DNA of 32,000 nucleotides. Origin: an uncultured archaeon (GTDB lineage: Archaea > Asgardarchaeota > Thorarchaeia > Thorarchaeales > CAZPUN01). Shown here piece after piece: positions 26,999 through 32,000 of this stretch; position 1 is the stretch's first letter, and each line of letters starts with the position of its first letter. The position numbers were made by a program, and so were the translations under genes. Under the pieces are notes generated by a model. That model ran no database searches, had not been told where the DNA came from, and saw nothing but the letters and a program-made list of their open reading frames with translations. The stretch lies in NCBI GenBank assembly GCA_964589775.1, contig CAZPUN010000020.1, forward strand, positions 30,001 to 62,000, read 5' to 3'.

Positions 26999-27099
26999 TG
27001 CGTGCCACTTTGTTCCTGCTCATGAGACAGAATATCATCGTATTCAAATGAACTCTCAATTCTGCACTATGAGAGCTAGGAAAATACAAGTGGCACGCA
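26999..27099 (-). ncRNA. Putative H/ACA pseudouridylation guide RNA (single hairpin with K-turn) inside an extra 12-bp outer stem
   Basis: Minus-strand fold: lower stem UCCU(A)GCUC/GAGCAGGA followed by ACA (27011-27013); pocket UCAUAGU/CUCAU; upper stem GCAGAAU/AUUCUGU; U.U pair, tandem G.A/A.G pairs and 3-nt GAU bulge (K-turn); ACA begins 14 nt from the pocket top; outer inverted repeat 26999-27010/27088-27099. Confidence 0.75.
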
Positions 27100-27160
27100 A
27101 TTCAAATATGGAAAAGTTAATTTAAAGATTGTCTATAAAGACATACGAGGGAGAATTAAA

Positions 27161-28000
27161 TTGAACGACCAAGTAAAAATTGCACTAATTGGAGGTTCTG
27201 GCTTATATCATTTAATTGAGAATCCTAAAATTACTATTTTAGATACACCATGGGGCAAGTCTCCACGTATTGATATTGGGTACATTGGGATACATAAAAT
27301 TGCATTTGTATCGCGACATAGTAAACCTGGAGTGTCGGATAAACAGACGCACGCTGTACCACCGCATATGGTAAATTATAAGGCATATATTTATGCATTA
27401 AGACAATTAGGTGTTGAAAGAATTATTGCGACTACGGCAGTAGGTTCATTAAACAAAAAAATTAAACCGGGTGATTTCGTCATCTTAGATCAGTTAGTTG
27501 ATTTTACGAAAAGAAGAAGCTACACATTTTTTGACGGAACAGTACCTATAGAAGTTGAACCAAATAAGATAATCAATGGCGTCGCACATGTTGATTTTAC
27601 TGAACCATATTGCCCAGAAATCCGAACTGCATTAATTGAAAGTTGCAAATTACAAAACATAAAGTGTCATACAAGTGGAACATATGTAGCAATGGAAGGT
27701 CCACGTTTTGAAACTAGAGCCGAAGTAAAATTACTTTCGTCATGGGGAATGGATGTAGTAGGCATGACACAATCGCCAGAAGCAATATTGGCACGCGAAT
27801 TAACCATGTGCTATGGGGTTGTATCAATTGTAACAAACTATGCCGCAGGAATAAGTAACCAGAAAATCACGCATGAAGAAGTTGTTGAACTATTTAATCA
27901 AAAAATGAAAGATTTAAAAAGTATTATACAAAATGCGATTAAACTCATTCCAGAAGAAAGAAATTGTACGTGCAAAAGTGCTCTCGATGGTGCTCAATAG
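27161..28000 (+). CDS. mtnP: MTAP-family purine nucleoside phosphorylase (MTA/MTI or 6-oxopurine phosphorylase)
   Basis: IGGSG, SRH, PPH, AVGSL, EGPRFET, VVGMT, VTNYAAG. Confidence 0.92.
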   Translation: MNDQVKIALIGGSGLYHLIENPKITILDTPWGKSPRIDIGYIGIHKIAFVSRHSKPGVSDKQTHAVPPHMVNYKAYIYALRQLGVERIIATTAVGSLNKKIKPGDFVILDQLVDFTKRRSYTFFDGTVPIEVEPNKIINGVAHVDFTEPYCPEIRTALIESCKLQNIKCHTSGTYVAMEGPRFETRAEVKLLSSWGMDVVGMTQSPEAILARELTMCYGVVSIVTNYAAGISNQKITHEEVVELFNQKMKDLKSIIQNAIKLIPEERNCTCKSALDGAQ

Positions 28001-28011
28001 GAGGCAAAATA

Positions 28012-29133
28012 TTGTCTGAAGAACATGAAAAGCATTCAGCATGGAAAGTACGAAAGTCAGAAGCGTTAATAGTAATTTTACTAATTTTAGGGTACATAAA
28101 TTTTAGGTTTATAAATCACAATGAAATTCTTATGATCATATTAGGTTTGACATTAGGCGTTTGGCTTGCATTCAGACCATCAGAATGGGCAGTAGAAGGT
28201 TTAGAGAATACTGCGGCATATATGGGATTATCAGCATATATGGTAGGTGTTATTTCATCACTCGCATCAAATACGCCTGAGGCAGTTATTTCGGGTCTTA
28301 CTGCTGTGCGAGGGTTTACAACAGGTAATGCAGCAATGTTAGATATTGCAGTTATTAGTGTTTTAACAGCTGTTGGATTTAATATTATGATTTTAGGAAT
28401 TATGATCGCAATTACTATTAAAAAATACGGAAAAGTAAAGATACACAAAGATGTAATTGAAAAGGATTCAGAATTGATGACATGGACTTTCATTGTGTTA
28501 CTAATCATATTTTCACTTGGAGTTATGGAAATGATTGGTTCTTTGCGTGCAGGCATTCCAGAGGAAAAATTTAGCCTAAGTCCATGGATCTCTGCAATTC
28601 TTGTAATTTCATATATAACGTACATAATCTTCGTTTATCAAGGTCAAGAAGAAAAAGGTATAGCAAAACCCCATTTTTCAAAGAGATTAGGATATACACT
28701 CGCAATTGCAGGCTTTGCAGGAATATTCATGGGCGGCGAAATAATTACATCAAGTATTGAAACTATGCTTGAAAGTATAGATCTTTCACAATATGGAAAT
28801 CCAGTCATATTAATTTCACTAATTATTGGTCTTGCGGGTACTGTGCCAGAGCATGGTATTGCAATAACTGCAGCACACAAGGGGAAAGTCGATATCTCGA
28901 TAGGTAACCTAATGGGCGGCATATTACAAGTAATTCTGTTAGTATTAGGCGGCATTGGCATGTTTGTCCCAATTCCACTTGATAAATATGTGATGTTTCA
29001 ACTTATGGTTTCAGGGGGTGTCATTCTATTCTTAAAGTCGACAATTGTAGATGATGGACATCTAGACGCCTTCGAAGGAATAATGATGATAATATTACAA
29101 CTAGTCGTATTCATCACAATGATCATCGAATAA
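28012..29133 (+). CDS. Na+/Ca2+ (CaCA superfamily) antiporter
   Basis: Alpha-repeats SLASNTPE and GLAGTVPEH...IGNLMG; about 10-11 TM segments; TTG at 28012 with GGAGG SD. Confidence 0.88.
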   Translation: MSEEHEKHSAWKVRKSEALIVILLILGYINFRFINHNEILMIILGLTLGVWLAFRPSEWAVEGLENTAAYMGLSAYMVGVISSLASNTPEAVISGLTAVRGFTTGNAAMLDIAVISVLTAVGFNIMILGIMIAITIKKYGKVKIHKDVIEKDSELMTWTFIVLLIIFSLGVMEMIGSLRAGIPEEKFSLSPWISAILVISYITYIIFVYQGQEEKGIAKPHFSKRLGYTLAIAGFAGIFMGGEIITSSIETMLESIDLSQYGNPVILISLIIGLAGTVPEHGIAITAAHKGKVDISIGNLMGGILQVILLVLGGIGMFVPIPLDKYVMFQLMVSGGVILFLKSTIVDDGHLDAFEGIMMIILQLVVFITMIIE

Positions 29134-29148
29134 GATTTTATATTCCTA

Positions 29149-29799
29149 TTATTTTTTTATCCATGCATCTAGATACGGAATGATGTCACTAATATCCTCT
29201 GATTCAACAATGACTTCTGCAGAATTAGCAACTTCTTCAGAGTCAGGATTAAATGCAATTGAATGACCAGCTATCTTGAATACAGGAATATCATTATCAC
29301 CATTTCCAACAAAGATTGTATTTGATAATGAAATGTTTTGCTCTTTTGCGATTTCTCTAAGGATCTTATCCTTGTTCCAATATTCAACAAAAACTTTTAC
29401 TTTCCCATTCAATACACCATTATCATGCAAGAGTACATTTGAAATCGAATAATCAAGATTGAATTTTTCTTTAATAATATCTGTAAGTATTGTAAGACCA
29501 CCAGAAATTGCCGCAATAACCACATCATGTTTTTTTAAATAATTCATCAAATCTTCAGTACCCTTACGAATACGAGTACGCTTTGCAATTTTTAGAATCC
29601 TATCGTAAGGAATACCTTTCCATAGTGCAGCATCTAACCTAGCCCACTCAGCGTAATCAAATTCACCTCGGAAAAAACGCTCGTAATATTCTTTTCCGGG
29701 GCCATCCCAGGTTCCTAATTCCATATGTAGCCTGCCCCATATACTACGCTCAATGGTTAGAGTCCCATCTACATCAAATGCAACGATCCACCGAGCCAT
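29149..29799 (-). CDS. HAD-superfamily phosphatase, SerB-like
   Basis: FDVDGTL, ISGG, conserved K, VGNGDND motifs. Confidence 0.9.
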   Translation of the reverse strand: MARWIVAFDVDGTLTIERSIWGRLHMELGTWDGPGKEYYERFFRGEFDYAEWARLDAALWKGIPYDRILKIAKRTRIRKGTEDLMNYLKKHDVVIAAISGGLTILTDIIKEKFNLDYSISNVLLHDNGVLNGKVKVFVEYWNKDKILREIAKEQNISLSNTIFVGNGDNDIPVFKIAGHSIAFNPDSEEVANSAEVIVESEDISDIIPYLDAWIKK

Positions 29800-29816
29800 A
29801 TTAAAACACCATTCAA

Positions 29817-30503
29817 CTATTTCTTTCGCTCTGCTTCAGCTTCCTTTTTTAGTTCTTCAAGCTCTCTCAAAATATCATCACTATCTGAGCTACTCTCAGA
29901 TTTCTTAGATTCTTTTTCATGGGTCTTTTCAGCAGGTTCTTTATCGCTTGCAATAGATGGTAAGCTAGCTTCTTTTTCGAGCGCAATTTCAGTTTCAAGT
30001 CGAACTAATTCAGAATCAACTTCGCTTTCAACATCAACATCCTCAGAGGCAAACCCAACATCAGTTGCAAGAATATCGCTTGCATCCATAATTAAACCGA
30101 TAGACGCTTGTATATCCATAAGCATCTGTTGCATTTTGGCAGGGTCAAGCATTCTAACAGATTCATCCAGAAGAACTTTTGCATGGGATAGAGCTACTCC
30201 AACTTCCTCAGTATCAGCTGCAGTTTGAATTGCAAGAATTGTATCCTCTAGATTCATAATTTGTTGACTGTATCGTTTTCTAATTATTTCCAATGCCTTT
30301 TTTCGTTTCAAATATTGCTTTGCTTGCTCTACATCACCTTTTGCTATAGATTCTTTTGCTAATCTACGAAGATTAGAAATATCCTCGTCAGTCTTTCTTT
30401 TCCGAAGAGTGAGCTTATTAATTGTTGACCTAATTTTCATAATAGCTTGATCTCGTTCCTTAGATTTATCAGCGTAAATGAAACCTTTTAGCTTATCCCA
30501 CAT
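29817..30503 (-). CDS. ESCRT-III / Snf7 family protein (Vps20/32/60-like)
   Basis: Basic N-terminal hairpin with AKQYLKRKKALE...NLEDTILAIQTA; acidic C-half with DVDVESEVDSELVRLE; amphipathic N-terminus MWDKLKGFI; C-terminal helix DDILRELEELKK. Confidence 0.88.
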   Translation of the reverse strand: MWDKLKGFIYADKSKERDQAIMKIRSTINKLTLRKRKTDEDISNLRRLAKESIAKGDVEQAKQYLKRKKALEIIRKRYSQQIMNLEDTILAIQTAADTEEVGVALSHAKVLLDESVRMLDPAKMQQMLMDIQASIGLIMDASDILATDVGFASEDVDVESEVDSELVRLETEIALEKEASLPSIASDKEPAEKTHEKESKKSESSSDSDDILRELEELKKEAEAERKK

Positions 30504-30721
30504 ATTAAAGACCGCCTTAATATTTGCCCATTGACAATTATTTATTGTATAATTATATATAATATATTTTCCATTTGATTATATAATAGAATATATCTTC
30601 ATTTCGCAAATTAATAAATTTTCAGCCAAAGAGAAAAATTGATAATCAAATAACATAATCCGATAATGTTAATTATTAAAGTTGTTCTTTTTCCATAAAT
30701 ATTTAAAAAAGGCGATAAAAC

Positions 30722-32000
30722 ATGGCACTCAGAAAATGTCCGATGTGTGATGGCACTGGGGAAATAACATTAAACAAAAAGAAATGTGATGCATGTGGCG
30801 GTCTAGGAAGAACAAAAATAGTTCTTGGATCTGCAATGAGCTCAAAGAAGAGTGATAAATACATATGCAAGAAATGCAATGGAACAGGATATATAGCACA
30901 GACAGATACCTGTCCAGTATGTAAAGGTAAAGGAAAAATTTCTGTTTGCTGGCTTTGTGGAAAAGAGATTCCATCCAGATTTACCTTATGTGAAAAGTGT
31001 CATGTTGATCCTGTAATTTATAGATTAGTAAAACCATGCAGCGTGGATACTATTGAAGAAGGCCACGCATATATCGGTCGCGTACAACAAAAGAAAGATT
31101 TTGGACTATTTGTTGATTTAACAGAAGACATACATGGGCTCATTAGACCCCACAATCTTCCAAAACGAAAATATAAACCAGGCGAAAGAATTGCAGTACG
31201 TGTTATTATGATTACACCAGATAAAAAGATAGAACTTGAACCGATTCCAATTAAGAGATACACTATAAGAAATGTACATGACCCCATACCAAGACGAAAG
31301 ATCTCGGAAATCGATAATTTAGCAAAAGATGTTGGAGTATATATTTGGGGACTTGTAACAAATGTGACTCAAACACCCGGGCCTACAGCATTTACAGTTA
31401 TGGATGAAACAGGCATAGTTTCTGCAGTAGCTTTTGAAAGTGCAGGCGAAAGAGCATATCCAGAAATAAACCAGGGCGACTATGTTGAACTAAGTGGTAG
31501 AATTACAGAACACAAAGGCGAAATTCAAATCGAAATTGAGGATATGTCAAAACTAGGCGAGGATGATGCAGCCAACTTTGCACGCGCAATCGAGGAAGCA
31601 TTAGATAAGAGAGCAGAACCCGAAGAAATTGATTTCTTAATTAAAAGTGATGTACTAGAACGACTAAAGCCAGATCTTCGAAAAGTAGCAAAACGCATTA
31701 GAAGAGCAATCTTTACTGGTCAAACGATTATAATACGACATCATGCAGATACCGACGGAATTAGCGCAGGTGTCGCATTAGAAACAGCAGCTTCTGCCTT
31801 AATCCAAGAAGTGGCAAAAAATCCGGATGCAGTACGATATAAACTGATAAGATCACCAAGTAAAGCGCCATTTTATGAATATGAAGATGCAGTAAGAGAC
31901 CTATATACCTCAATTGAAAATTCAGAAAGATTTGGAGAAAGTATGCCATTAGTTGTAGTATTAGATATGGGCTCATCTCATGAAAGTATTAATAGTTACC
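30722..32000 (+). CDS. Archaeal RecJ-like DHH phosphoesterase with DnaJ-type Zn finger, S1 and OB domains (COG1107-like); runs off the window end
   Basis: Manual translation MALRKCPMCDGTG...CDACGGLG...CKKCNGTG...CPVCKGKG; S1-like FGLFVDL; OB QTPGPTAFT; DHH motif I IRHHADTDG; RSPSKAPFYE; no stop before 32000. Confidence 0.9.
   Translation, partial: MALRKCPMCDGTGEITLNKKKCDACGGLGRTKIVLGSAMSSKKSDKYICKKCNGTGYIAQTDTCPVCKGKGKISVCWLCGKEIPSRFTLCEKCHVDPVIYRLVKPCSVDTIEEGHAYIGRVQQKKDFGLFVDLTEDIHGLIRPHNLPKRKYKPGERIAVRVIMITPDKKIELEPIPIKRYTIRNVHDPIPRRKISEIDNLAKDVGVYIWGLVTNVTQTPGPTAFTVMDETGIVSAVAFESAGERAYPEINQGDYVELSGRITEHKGEIQIEIEDMSKLGEDDAANFARAIEEALDKRAEPEEIDFLIKSDVLERLKPDLRKVAKRIRRAIFTGQTIIIRHHADTDGISAGVALETAASALIQEVAKNPDAVRYKLIRSPSKAPFYEYEDAVRDLYTSIENSERFGESMPLVVVLDMGSSHESINSY

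Noticed and set aside
26999-27099. Hairpin considered as a SECIS element, a MITE or a simple terminator
   Set aside because: The K-turn polarity and short apical helix do not fit a SECIS, and no in-frame UGA selenoprotein is adjacent; no target-site duplication or second copy is visible; internal architecture fits H/ACA better
30722-30960. CxxCxGxG repeats suggesting a dnaJ gene
   Set aside because: No J-domain or HPD motif; the Zn finger continues in frame into S1, OB and DHH domains
598-31976. Numerous short ORF-track entries overlapping larger genes (e.g. 14564-14932, 22364-22786, 28116-28625, 30729-30974, 31018-31287, 31761-31976)
   Set aside because: Antisense or off-frame shadows of well-supported genes with no motifs of their own
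1-32000. CRISPR arrays, tRNAs, rRNAs, transposases, integrases
   Set aside because: None seen; intergenic gaps are short and the only GC-rich non-coding islands are the two guide-RNA candidates

Overview
AT-rich, gene-dense archaeal DNA, most likely from an Asgard archaeon. This is inferred from a Snf7/ESCRT-III gene, a longin-like protein, a CdvA-like coiled coil and archaeal housekeeping genes. Recognisable genes: AlaX editing protein, M20 peptidase, CutA, MBL-fold protein, KH+PP-loop ATPase, DUF123 GIY-YIG nuclease, thioredoxin-like protein, an ABC ATPase/DUF2070/surface protein/degenerate HD-protein operon, 2-oxoacid:ferredoxin oxidoreductase delta-alpha-beta, UbiD + DUF126 (archaeal mevalonate-pathway type), SurE, PurM/HypE-like protein, purine nucleoside phosphorylase, CaCA antiporter, HAD phosphatase, ESCRT-III and a truncated DnaJ-Zn-finger RecJ-like DHH gene. 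Reading the intergenic DNA gave four elements missing from the ORF track: a canonical box C/D guide RNA (3890-3969), an H/ACA guide RNA enclosed by an extra 12-bp stem (26999-27099, minus), a 57-aa minimal histone (19484-19657) and a 54-aa ORF (4042-4206). Both guide RNAs appear complementary to 23S rRNA helix 69. The main unexplained block is a translationally coupled pair of ~800-880 aa hypothetical proteins (4611-9664). No mobile elements, CRISPR arrays, tRNA or rRNA genes were seen. All family calls come from motif recognition by eye; no database searches were run.
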